Shown piece after piece: positions 37,801 to 49,901 of a stretch of DNA of 64,000 nucleotides. The first letter of the stretch is position 1, and every line of letters starts with the position of its first letter. Source of the DNA: Entomortierella parvispora E1425 (lineage: Eukaryota > Fungi > Mortierellomycota); assembly GCA_020891255.1 (NCBI GenBank), contig BQFW01000002.1:2604001-2668000 (forward strand). The letters are read 5' to 3'. The notes under the pieces were generated by a model, which saw only the letters and a program-made list of their open reading frames with translations, searched no databases and was not told the origin of the DNA. The position numbers were made by a program, and so were the translations under genes.

Positions 37801-40800
37801 CCAAAACCTTGATTTGTGGAAGAGCCTTCCCGTCCATGTGTAAACTGGATGCCAACACCCTATTCTCGTGCAATGGTGAGGATACCGACCCAGTGGCTCT
37901 GGAGACCTGCCTAGATGGACCTTGTGTTATCCAACCTGGACCTGACGCCTGTACGGAAAAGCCACCGGTCAACTGCAACTGTACGAAGCAAAATGCTATT
38001 TGCGGCGAATCATTCCCAGCCGATTGCAAGTACAAAGCAGGGACACTCTACTCGTGTGATGACGGCAATGGAACTATTCCAACTCCCAAGGAGCAGTGCG
38101 GGTTTGGCCCTTGCGTGATTCAGTCTGGACCTGATGTTTGTACGGAACCGCCAATCAATTGCGACTGCACAAAGACCAACGCGGTGTGTGGATCATCACT
38201 CCCGGAAGTCTGTGGGTTTGATCCCTCCATCCTTTACAACTGCGATGCAGGTGCTGGAACTATCCCAGCGCCACAAGAGACTTGCACAGAAGGTCCTTGC
38301 ATTATTCAGTCGGGACCTGATGTTTGTACAAAGAAGCCCCCAGCTAACTGTGTTTGTACCAAGACGAGCGCTATTTGTGGTCAATCATTTGATGCTAGTT
38401 GCGGATTCACTACAGATGTCCTCTAATCTTGTGACGGCGGCCATGGTACTGAGCCCGTCCCAGCTGAAGAATGCACTACTGGCCCTTGTGTGATTCAGCC
38501 CGGACCTGATGGCTGCACAAAAGCGCCACCTGTTAACTGTCAATGCAAGAGGACCTCCGACATCTGTGGTGCATCGTTCCCCAAGAAATGTGCATACGAC
38601 CCACTTCAACTCTATAGTTGTGAAGATGGCGATGGCTCGGATCCGATTCCAAAGGAAACTTGTAGAGAGGGACCGTGTATCATTAAGCCAGGCTCGGATG
38701 TCTGCACGGAAGCCCCGATCAACTGCAACTGCACCACCGATACGCCCACTTGCGGAGGCCTCTTCCCCGAGGTTTGCGGATTCGACTCTTTGACCTTGTA
38801 CTCTTGCGATTCCGTTGGCGCAGCCCCAGAGGAGCTGGAGGAATGTAAATTCGGACCCTGTCTTGATCTGACAGGAGCAGACGCATGCACGGAAAAGCCG
38901 TTGCCCTGCAACTGCACAAAAACCAGCGCCATTTGCGGAGGATCTTTTGCAGAGGCGTGTGGATACGACCCTGACTATTTGTACACTTGCGACACAGGAG
39001 CAGGCACAGTACCTGTTAAAAGCACTGAATGTATCCATGGTGGTTGCATCATTCAGTCAGGGCCTGATGTTTGCCCCCCACCTCCGCAGCTTCCAGATCC
39101 CGACGAGTGCGTCTGCCCTGGTAGTGACGATGTCTGTGGAAGTATCTTCCCTACGGCCTGCGATTATGACGCAGGGTCGCTCTTTGCCTGCGCAGGTGAA
39201 GGCAAGAAGCCCGTGTTGAAAGAGGAGTGCCAAAATGGTCCATGCAGGCACTTGGAGACTGGTGATATCTGTCCCAAGCCACCTGTCAACTGCAACTGCA
39301 CGGCCACCACAGACAGTTGCGGATCAACCTTCCCCGATGCCTGTAACTACTACCAGGAGACTCTCTACAGCTGCAGTGCTGTCGGAGTTCGACCTGAGGA
39401 AAAAGAGCCCTGCACCGAGGGAGACTGTATCCAACGTGCTGGTAACCATCTCTGCCCTAGCGAGTGTTATTGCAAGGACACCAATACGATCTGTGGTAGC
39501 GAGATTCCCGACAGTTGCGCAGCCAAAGTGGGTGGTTCGATTGTGGAAAATGGCAGATATGAGTGCACTGACGTTTTGACCTTGCCTACACTCCTCAACG
39601 ACTGTGGTGAGGACGCAACATGTGCGCCCCGAGAGACGGATGGAGCCTTCTGCAAGCGACTTTGTACCTGTGATTTCAAGAACCAGACTGCGTACTGTGC
39701 GGACAAGTTCCCCGACATCTGCAAACTACCTCCCAACGCGCTATACAAGTGTGTGAACGGGCAGCCGGAAGAAGTCAAGATTTGCTTGAAGAACGACATT
39801 TGTGTGCCCACGGATGAGGATAACCCAAGCAAAGGTGATAGCTGCCTGGATAAATGTCTTTGTAGAGGAAAGCGTGTGGCAAGTTTCCCTTCTTGAGGAG
39901 GAGTGGAGGTGAATATGCCCTGTTTTACTTAACTTTCTCATTTTTTTTTTTGTATTGATGCATCATAGGTCTGCAAACAAAACTTTGACCCGGCTTGTGC
40001 ATACGATGGAAAAACCGTGTATGATTGTGGAGAATTCGGAAGTCAACCCCAGCTCAGGGAAGAATGCACCACTGGATGTTACACCTATAAAAAGGATGGC
40101 GGATGTACAGGCGATCCTTGCGCCTGCTGGAAGAAAGGAGACACTTGTGGATACACCTTCCCAGCGAGCTGTAATCTCGACAACCACACCCTGTATCAGT
40201 GCGAACGCAAGGGCGCGGCACCAAAGAATGTTGGCAATAACTGCGATGCAATGCAGAGGTGCATGTCATTTGGATCAGAAGATGATGCCTGCGCCAACGC
40301 CAATACCTGTAACTCCAACAGCAAAGGACCCGTGTGCAGCCAAGAGTTCCAGCCTGAGTGTATCCGCTACACATCGAATGTCAATGGTACGTTGGATGCC
40401 TACAACCTTACGTTCCAGGTCCAGATTGATCCAGACGGCAGTCTCAAGTCCTGCGAGGTTGGATGCAGTGATGGCATATGCCAGAATTGTAATTGTACAG
40501 CGCCGGGTCTTCGATGCGGATCTTCTTTCCCACGAGCATGCGATCTTGAGCACAATTTGCTCTATCTATGCAAAGGCAAGGATGTAGAACCCGAGTATGA
40601 GACCAATTGTGACAATGAGGTCTGTGGTAAAGGATTCAATAGGACGGCTCCCGATGGATCGACAATCAACGGAGCACTCAATGACACCTGCCTGGGCCCA
40701 TGTGTTTGCAGGAGCACCAACGACGTAAGTGCTATGGATCCTTGATGTTTTGCAGAGTTGCGGGAAGGGGGGGTTTTTTTTTTTAGACTCATTTTTCTCC

Positions 40801-42352
40801 AAATTATTTAGGTCTGCGGTCTAGCATTCCCAGCATCCTGTGCCTACATCAAGTCCGAGCTTTATAAGTGTAGTGGAATAGGACAGCTACCTGTAGTGTC
40901 CAAAAACTGTACAAGTGGATGTATGGTTACAGTCAGGGATCACACGTGTCGTGACTGCAAGGCCATGATCGACAAAACTACAGGATACATCACCTCGCTG
41001 TCTGCGACACTGAGAAATGCCAAAGGCAGTAGCAGCCTTGCTGGAATTCTCTTTGGTGAAATCGAGGATCAGCTCGAGAGAATTAAGACCAACTTGACTA
41101 GATTCAGGGACGACGTTGACCCAACCAACTATGGCACTATAGCGGCCTATGGACAGCTTCACATTAACGCTACTAGGAATATCCTGGCCCGACTCAAAGC
41201 CAACGACGATTACTTGGGTCTCTCGAGCGCTGTCCAAACGGGTCTGGATACGTTCCAAAAGGCGATTGATGACGTGGAGCAGTGTTCCAGCGTGAATGTG
41301 ACGGGCTGCCCTGGTATGGTTAACACCTTCAAAAGGGATACTACCGCCGCTTTGGCCCTTCTGGATGGCACCAACCTCGACGCCGAGAGTAAGAAGTCTG
41401 TTCGGGACGCCGTCGCGACGATTGAGGGAGTTCTCACCTCCAAAGACCAAGACAAACTGGATGAAGCTACTGAGGATCTCAACAGGATCTTGATCCTCGC
41501 TAAATTGGATTCGAATCTTGGAGCTCCAGTCGCTGGACCAATCGATCTGATTATTGGTATCTCCACGGAGACGGTGAATTGCATGTGTATGTTGCCCTTT
41601 GTTTCCGTCATTGAGAAAAGTCGACAAAAAACAAAAAGAGTGTCTACTAACCTCTTCCTTTAATTGTACCCTTAGTTAACTACTCGATGATTACCGAGGA
41701 TCTCTCGGACACTTGCAGTGCCTATCTACTTCGCTTTAAGGGAGAGGTTTCACGTATTGCAGAGGACTTCCCACACCTGATGGACGGCACCGTTTTGGAA
41801 GGCGCCAGCTTCCAGAGCGCGATCGAAGACTCATTGAGAACATTGGCCAGGAATCTTCACGTGCGGTCTCCAACCGTTGGAAACGACACCCGCTCGGCCA
41901 AGATTGCCCTCAACGCCCTTCGAAACTTGATTCGAGAGACCCCGGCCTTGAACAGTGCTGGCGCCGCTAAAAAAGTCTTGGATGAGATAAAGAACGCGAC
42001 AGCAGCAGCGAACAGGGTGATTGCCTGTACCCAGGGCACGGATGTGTGTGATGGCTTGGAGTATATCCTGTTGGACATTATCCTCTCGATTGACAAAGAA
42101 GCAGAGAAGGATCTGATGGACAAAACTCTTTCCGCCGAGCACAAGAAGGCTGCACAGGATGTGGATGAGGCCATCGCAAAACTAGCGGATGCTGCGAACA
42201 AGATTACCAGTGATCCGATTGCACGAGAGTGCACAAATGTCCAAGCTGCTGGCGACAAGTACAAGGCCCTTCCAGATGTCCCCCCCGCAATGAAGACGAC
42301 TCTGGACATGCTGAAGATTGCCTGCAGAGACGATTCTACCTGCAACGCTTAA
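34803..42352 (+). CDS. Giant secreted Cys-rich repeat protein (~2,350 aa, 6 exons) with one in-frame TAA at 38424
   Basis: Signal peptide MRAISLPWIAAILTFTCLVSC; His/Lys-rich segment; ~24 repeats of CxCx6CGxxFPxxCxYxxxxLYxCxxGxGxxPx4-5CxxGxCx5GxDxC; helical C-terminal ~440 aa. Exons about 34803-35232, 35342-36228, 36360-39878, 39969-40724, 40812-41586 and 41676-42352 join in frame. Confidence 0.85.
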
Positions 42353-42806
42353 GTAGCGAGGCAGCGAGAAAGAGAGAGAAAGACTCAGTTGTTGTAAATC
42401 AGTCATTCAGTCATAAAATATGTGCAGTGGTTGCAGTAGCTCGAGTAACTGTACAAGAAGCCTTCAGAAGGACACGCGCAACAGCGCGCGCGACTCGCGT
42501 CGTTGGATTGCCTGGCGGCAAAACCTTTCTAAACGAGAAATGGAGAGCCCTTTTTTCTGCTTAGCCAGGGTGCGTCTTTGTCTTCGTTCCATCCATCTGC
42601 CCGTCCATCCATCCATCCATCCATCCATCCTTTCTTCGCACTCTTCTTTCTTCTGCTCCTTGACTCGACTCCTTCCTCCCATCTCCCTTCCTTCACCCCC
42701 CATCCCCCCTTCACCGCTTGCTCCCCTCCCTTCTCTCTTTCACTGCAGTCCCCGTCCATCCTCCTCACTCACCTCCGTCACCACCCGTCATCACTCCACT
42801 CTCGCA

Positions 42807-45681
42807 ATGTCTGATGCAAAGTTCTTTCAGCGAGGTACAAGAATGTTTCTGGCTGTTGTTCTTCTTGCGCGACATGCATTCGTCATCCATCCATCTGTCC
42901 CGTCCATCGTCGCTGGCTAACATGTATGCATCTTGAACCCACAGGAAAGATCCAGGAGCTCCGCATCGAGCTCAACTCGGACAAGAAGGACCGTGGCTAC
43001 ACCCGCAAAAAGGCGACCCTGAAAAAGATTGTCGCCAACATGACCATGGGCAATGACATGTCATCGCTTTATCCCGATGTCATTGCTTGCATGGCCATCC
43101 CCGTGCTCGAGGTCAAGAAGATGGTCTATCTCTTCCTCATCAACTATGCCAAAGGAAAGCCCGAGATGGCCCTCGAAGCCATCAGCACCTTTCGACGGGT
43201 AAACCGGTTACCGTTTGGCTTTATGTCTGGATTGAACCGTCTTTCTTGATTGTCCTTGTCATACTGACAGGCCGCCTTTCCTTTCCTTTCTCTCTCATAC
43301 TCCTTCTGTCTTTATTACAATCGCCTGCCTGCATGGGTGCCTCAACCCGTGGAACAAATATATACTTTCGACTCTTAGGACGTGGAGGATCCGAATCCGT
43401 TGATTCGCGCGCTCGCTATCCGCACTATGGGCTATATTCATGTCGACAAAGTCACTGCGTGTTTGATTCAACCTCTGCGCCATTGCATGCGCGACCAGGA
43501 CCCTTATGTCCGCAAAACAGCAGCAGTGTGTGTCGCAAAGCTTTTCATGCAGGATAGGCACTTGGTCGAGAATGCTGGATTCATTGACCAATTGCGCGAG
43601 ATGCTCGTCGACTCAAACCCATCGGTATGGATATCTAGATCTTTTCAGGATCAACGGCTGAATCGTTGGATGATAAGGGGGCTGTAAGACTGATCGACAA
43701 TTTTACACTGTGTCGAAACAATAGGTTGTCGCCAATGCAGTGGCTGCCCTCACAGAGATCTCTGAAAGATCGGATCATATTCAGCTCAAGCTCAACATGG
43801 CGGTTGCCAGCAAGCTGGTGACAGCGTTGAATGAGTGTTCAGAGTAAGCATTTGTTCTTGATCGTTCATTTATAGACCTTTGATTGTTGTGGAGTGATTG
43901 AAATGAGCGGTGGTGGAGAGCCCGATGTCTCTATCTATTTATTTGTCTGACAAGCGGACATTTTGACATTCTCCTTATTTTTTCCTGCTCTATCTAGATG
44001 GGGACAGACATATATTCTGGAGTCTCTTATGTTTGTCGTGCCTCAGGAACCAGGTGATGCCGAGATGTTGGCGGAACGTATTGCACCTCGTCTTCAACAC
44101 GCCAACTCCGCCGTGGTCTTGACAGCGGTCAAGGTCATTGTATACTTGATGAACTACATGTCCAAGGACGAAGACATCTCCAACATGTGCAAAAAGCTGT
44201 CGCCACCACTTGGTACGCGTCATTTGCCTGTGTTTTCTGATCTGATCGGATCAATTTCAACAAACATCGAGGATCATAGGCCCTGACCATCTTTCTTTTC
44301 CTCTATAGTGACGTTGCTGTCAAGTGGACCTGAAGTGCAATATGTGGGACTTCGAAACATCCTACTAGTCATTCAGAAGCATCCCGAGATCTTGAAGAAC
44401 GACATCAAGATCTTTTTCTGCAAGTACAACGATCCAATTTATGTGAAGATGGCCAAACTGGAGATCATGTTCCGACTTGCCAACGAGCACAACGTAGAGC
44501 AGGTTCTCTCGGAGCTCAAGGAGTACGCAACAGAGGTCGATGTCGATTTTGTTCGCAAAGCTGTGCGCTCCATTGGTCGACTGGCCGTCAAGATCGAAAG
44601 CACAGCCCAGCGCTGTGTGGAGGCTCTGTTGGAGTTGATTCAGACAAAGGTCAACTATGTGGTCCAGGAGTCGATTGTGGTGATCAAGGACATCTTCAGA
44701 AAATACCCCAACCAATACGAGTCCATTATCGGTGTCCTCTGCGAGAACTTGGATAATCTGGATGAGCCGGAAGCAAAGGCGGCCATGATCTGGATCATTG
44801 GGCAGTATGCGGACCGTATCGAGAACTCTGACGAGTTGCTGGACGACTTTTTGTACACGTTCTTGGAGGAGACTGTGGAGGTTCAATTGGCGCTTTTGAC
44901 GGCGACTGTCAAGTTGTTTATTAAGCGACCCACTGCTGGACAGGATTTGGTCCCCAAGGTCTTGAAATGGGCCACGGAGGAGGTCGATAACCCGGATTTG
45001 AGAGATCGTGGTTACATTTATTGGCGGCTCTTGTCGACGGATGTTGCTGCTGCCAAGGTAAGAGTCGAAAAGAATGTTCCTGTATTGATCCCATTGACCC
45101 CTGCGTCTAACCCCCAGCCACCCTTTTTAATTCTTTTTGCCCGATGCTAGGCTGTTGTCCTCTCAGAAAAGCCTCATATTTCCACGGAGACAGACAACAT
45201 GGATCCTGTTCTTCTGGAGGAGCTCTTGCTTCATATCGCATCGCTTTCTGCCATTTACCACAAGGCACCAACAACATTTATCCCACACTGCAAACCCCGA
45301 TTCTTGATTCCATCACCTGCATTGAGGCGCCAGAACTATGGACCTGGCCGATTGATGCACTCGGATTCGTATTCTTCTGTTCACTCAAACTCGAGTGACC
45401 ATCATCAACAACTCTCGGGATCGTCTCAACCTCAGTCGTCTTCTTCACAACTGGATCCCTTGGATGAGTTCATGGCCTCTTCAACGCCGGCCAAGGAGCC
45501 TCACCACCAGCGTCTCTCTTACCATGAGCAGTCTTTTGATCAGGTCGCGGAGGCGTCCATCGGAAACCGAGAATACTATGATCAAAAGATTAATGCCGAG
45601 AACCCATACAGGACAGATACCACCTCCACGTCTGGTACCAAGTCTGGAGGAGGCGACGATCTCATGTCGTTTGATCTGTGA
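42807..45681 (+). CDS. APL1: Clathrin adaptor beta subunit (AP-2 beta/Apl1-like), multi-exon, no appendage domain
   Basis: [106 protein letters not shown]-2 versus AP-1 judged from the N-terminus only. Confidence 0.9.
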
Positions 45682-46113
45682 CCGCACTCCAGACAAAAAT
45701 CGAATTCATCATAGCTCTTAGAATGAGGCATTAAAAAAACACCAAGAACATGATGTCCAAGCCAGCTTTTCCCTGTCATGCCTTTGTGAGATGTGCTGAC
45801 ATTAGTCTGCAACTAAGGAAGTAGACTGGTATTATACTCCTGTTACTTGGTACCCCTGGAGACCTCTCTGAAATTACTGGTTGGTGCCAGGCCCGGCGAT
45901 CTGGTTAGAGAGTGAGGTGCCAAACGGACTAGGATCATATCATCAGGCGAGAGATGATCGTTTATCACAAAGTTTGTTCTCTTTAAAACAACTACTGTAA
46001 ATATGAATGTTTCTGGATTTTTCTTGTGAGTATTTAATGGTACATGAAACAGAGAGTGAGGAGCCTTGACTAGGATTGCTTTAAAATGCCAAACAAAGGC
46101 CTCTTGGTCGGGG

Positions 46114-48106
46114 TTAAATTTGAAGGGTTCGTTTTCTTGCCTGGGGTAGGGCTTGGCGTCCTGAGGAAAGGGTCCGTACTGATTGTCTCAAGGTACTCCT
46201 AGGTTCATAGAAATCATGTCCAGGTTGGTTATCGCTGTGCCATTTTGTCGGTTCACCAGCAGTGAGTAATGCTACCTTCAGTGTCAGCATGAGCTCCAAG
46301 CAACGGTCGACTTTAGCTCGATCCGACTTTGCTCTTGGAAGGTGTGCAATCATCATTTGAGCCCAATGATAGATGCCGTGGATCAAGGTCATCTTATACA
46401 TTACCATCTCGTGTCCTATTCGGACAGAGTATTATTATACATTTCCCAGAACTATAAACCACAACCTGAATTAAAAAGACACATACCAAATACTTGGATG
46501 GCCACCATTGTGCTGATGCCAAGGTCAGATCCCATATGACAGTCAATTGCATCTTTACAAAGGTTCGCCAATTTCCAGTAGTCCTCTAAGAAAAGAGCGG
46601 GGTCTTTTTCCATCCTTGGGGGCTTGATTTCCAGAAATACCAGTTCGTAGCCAGCTTTGGTGATAGTTCCATCTGGCTTCAAAGGATTACCTCGCCGATA
46701 CTTGGAGCCCTGTGCTGGGCGGTTGGCCCACGAAAGATAAAAGTCTATCGGTCGTCCAATAGGGAAGATTGTGGTGAAAAAAACATCTAACACACCATGT
46801 GCAAATGAATCTTCATTCATTTCACAGAATGACAAGTAACGGGCAGGAAGTTTCAACGCACTAGCCCGATAAATAGATAGCAAAATTAGTGGAGATGTGC
46901 ATCACGCACGCAAATGATTACGTCCAAATGAATGGCCAAGCTTGACTTACATCGACTGATAGATAAAAACAATTCTGTCCAATACAGTACTTGCTGGTGC
47001 CCGCCCCGCAATAGCCCCAGTCCGCATCAGCTCCTGATCAAGTTCCCAGCACAGGGCAGCCTCTTCCCTCGAGAGAGAAATTGGAGTGTATGTGTACTGT
47101 GAGGTAAGAGCGGCAAAAATGCCTTCCGAGAGTGAGGGCAAGTTGTGCTCCATATCCCAAATGTAATTCATTGCTCTGTGAAATGTTCGCAAGAGTATCA
47201 GCATGTGTATCACCTTATTTAGTTAATGGTTATGGACGATGTGTACTTACAAGAACGAGTGAAGATTAAAAAGGGATGCCTTCGCCTCCAATCGATTCAC
47301 AAGACGAGTTGAGCGGTGCTGGAAGTCAAGGAATAATTTCCCGACATCTACATGTTGGAACTGATACTCCTGCAGTTCAAATGAGCTTGGTTCGATTCGA
47401 AAAGGTTCAGCAGACTGTTCGACAGTTTGTCCGTCAGGTTCCTGAGATTGAAAACGGCGTCGCTGCACTGCTCGGTCAGATTGAAGTTCATGCTTCTGCA
47501 TCTCGCTTCCTTGTTTCGAAGTAAGCTCCATTTCTTCCAAACTTCGTTTGCTGGATGTGTCTCCGGGGTTAGAGGGCTGTGACCTCTGCTTGGACAGTGC
47601 GGCTGGAATTGAATTCGAGATCTGAGACCTCGCACTATTGCCCAGAGCACTAGTTACAGTGGAAAAGCTCTGTGACACTTCACCCACAACTTCCTGAATA
47701 TGTTGCTGTCCAGCCCTATCGATGATGCTGCCAGTAAACTGTTGGTTCCGCCTCCTATACCAAGCTTTGAAGACATTGGACTGAAAATATATATAAGTTA
47801 TTTATGTCAGGTATAATAAGTTAGAATACTTAAAATACTCAATGAAATAGGTACCTTGGTTTGCTCAATGACATTCTCGGCCCAAGACTTGATATCAGAA
47901 CGAGATTCGCCGTCGATAATACGTTTGGCGCTCTTAATCAAAGCATCACTAAGCGACCCGCTGGTCTTGAAGCCATATCTGGTATGGAACGATTCCACAA
48001 GATTCTCAAAGGACAAATCGCGTCGCCGCAGCAGAAAGTCCATTTGCTCCCTGAAGAGTATGTTGGACGAGGACGCAGCGGACGCAGCGGAATTGGTCGA
48101 AGACAT
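46114..48106 (-). CDS. PD-(D/E)XK restriction-endonuclease-fold protein (Crinkler/CR-REase-like C-terminal domain), ~5 exons
   Basis: KPDG...ELVFLEIKPP...EDYWKLANLCKDAID...VAIQVFG.EMVMYKM..IHGIYHW; GT-AG introns link the track ORFs. Confidence 0.7.
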
Positions 48107-48292
48107 AAGCAGTATTGTAAGAGCTGTTGGACCAATGAGCAATGGTATACTCAACATACAAATTCGAAAAAAAGCTTGTTAATACAGGTTTGGAATTAAC
48201 TGTCAAACAAAGCAAACAGAGGAATTTATAATCGACCAGAAGAACAAAATGGAGTAGAAGAAAAACGTAAAGGGACATGAAGGTGTTCGAGT

Positions 48293-48553
48293 GATGGAAC
48301 CCAAGCTACCAGGGGATTTTACCCAACCGTCGTTGGGCGCAAGGGGCGTCAAAGCAGCCTCTCCATCTACAACTCATGTTTGGCATTGCTCATTGAGAGG
48401 AGACCTTACAATGAATGCATGACGACTCCTCGCTAACCAGGGGATGGTGGATTTCACCCGTGGAGAATAGGCATGTGACACTACCCATCATAAGCGAGCG
48501 GAACGCTGCGGCTTATCATGAGCGGACAATGTTCTTTTTCGTCTGCCTCCCAT
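48293..48553. repeat. 261-bp direct repeat, copy 1 (candidate structured RNA)
   Basis: GATGGAACCC...GCCTCCCAT; 6 substitutions and 1 indel versus copy 2. Confidence 0.95.
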
Positions 48554-48608
48554 GACTCGTATTCCCTTTCACCACATGTCGCTTCACCGATATAATAAAG
48601 CAGAACCG

Positions 48609-48870
48609 GATGGAACCCAAGCTACCAGGGGACTTAACCCAACCGTCGTTGGGCGCAAGGGGCGTCAAAGCAGCCTCTCCATCTATTACTCATGTTTGGC
48701 ATTGCTTCATTGAGAGGAGGCCTTACAATGAATGCATGACGACTCCACGCTAACCAGGGGATGGTGGATTTCACCCGTGGAGAATAGGCATGTGACACTA
48801 CCCATCATAAGCGAGCGGAACGCTGCGGCTTATCATGAGCGGACAATGTTCTTTTTCGTCTGCCTCCCAT
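48609..48870. repeat. 262-bp direct repeat, copy 2 (candidate structured RNA)
   Basis: Same unit starting 316 bp downstream, after a 55-bp unique spacer containing TATAATAAA. Confidence 0.95.
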
Positions 48871-49901
48871 AAACAATATTCTTCGGTCCAAAAACAAAGA
48901 GTGATAAGCATGGTGGAGGGAACAGCAAGAAAAAACACCAGAAAATAATACTTATTGATTCTGACAACAATCGAGCAGGAGAGCCGAAATCACTGATTGA
49001 TTGAAGGTGGATGGAGGGCTGAGAAGGAGGGTCATGGGCCAAGAAAGAGGTCATGGGCGAAGCGCGCTATGTGTGGATGAAACAGGACAACCCACGCCAT
49101 AATTACGTCACCGATCGTAGTTATCGCAAATTCTGTGGCAGATTGGGGGCTGGTGAAGATCGAGCATGTGTTATTGGGGTGAAAGAGAAGCGTTTTGACT
49201 AACCCATGGGAGACGAGCGCCATTCTGTGCTTTGCGTTTTGAGTGGTTGTTGTTGGGGAAGGATCTAGTTTGAATGTTGATATAGAGGTTGGTCAAAGTG
49301 GGGGACAGCCTATCATCCATGACATTCTTCACGGTTTTAGCAAGTACCAGTGTGGCTGTGAAATGCACGGGTAGGGAAAACAGAAAATGGAAGGGGATCT
49401 GCATGAAAAATCAGGGAGGGGAGTCAGGACAAGACAGAGAAAGGCGTGTTGCTGCAGATCTTTGATTACGAGCATTGTAACCAGAGAAAAAATGTATTGA
49501 TTACGGGACGATTCCGTGCAACCTGAAGGGCGCATCTGGCTGTTTTGCATAGTTGGGTTCTGCCCAACAATATCTGTGTGATGGAGTTAGGGTGAAGAAA
49601 CAAATGTGGGACTGAAAAGTGGGACTAAGATGATATTAATGTTGACTGGAAAGAAGTACAGAAGGAGAACAAGGGCAAAACAGGACCCGAATGGTACTGC
49701 TGCCAAGGCAGGCAGGTACAAAGCTACCTTGAATTCAAGTTCTTTCCTCTTTGGTTTCCTGAGGAAAGGCAGGCACTTTCTTTTCTGAAGGCAAATACTT
49801 CCTTCTCGCATTAAACCACTGTGAACAGTAAAGACGATCATTGTTCAAAAATCCACTTAGTTTATTCCATGATGATTGAATTGGATTCCTCAAGTTTCTG
49901 T

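Noticed and set aside
38424-38426. UAA-to-Tyr genetic code reassignment
   Set aside because: Conserved genes in this window (RPL12, VMA1, TMEM164) terminate at TAA.
43895-43950. Possible C/D snoRNA in an APL1 intron (TGATTGA...CTGA)
   Set aside because: Imperfect C box, no terminal stem, and the guide is not perfectly complementary to the 18S segment I recall.
45199-45681. Beta-adaptin without an ear/appendage domain
   Set aside because: This is the normal state for fungal AP-2 beta subunits.
48420-48440. TCCTCGCT/TCCACGCT resembling the L3 loop of HDV/CPEB3 ribozymes
   Set aside because: Flanks GAC/AAC cannot form P3, and I found no P1/P2 nested pseudoknot.
48430-48445. CTAACC as a telomerase template
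   Set aside because: Only 6 nt; a TTAGGG template needs about 1.5 repeats (CTAACCCTAA).
48415-48455. SECIS-like ATGA...AA...GGAT pattern in the 261-bp repeat
   Set aside because: The helix between core and apical AA is too short and poorly paired, one copy disrupts it, and no UGA-containing ORF lies upstream on that strand.
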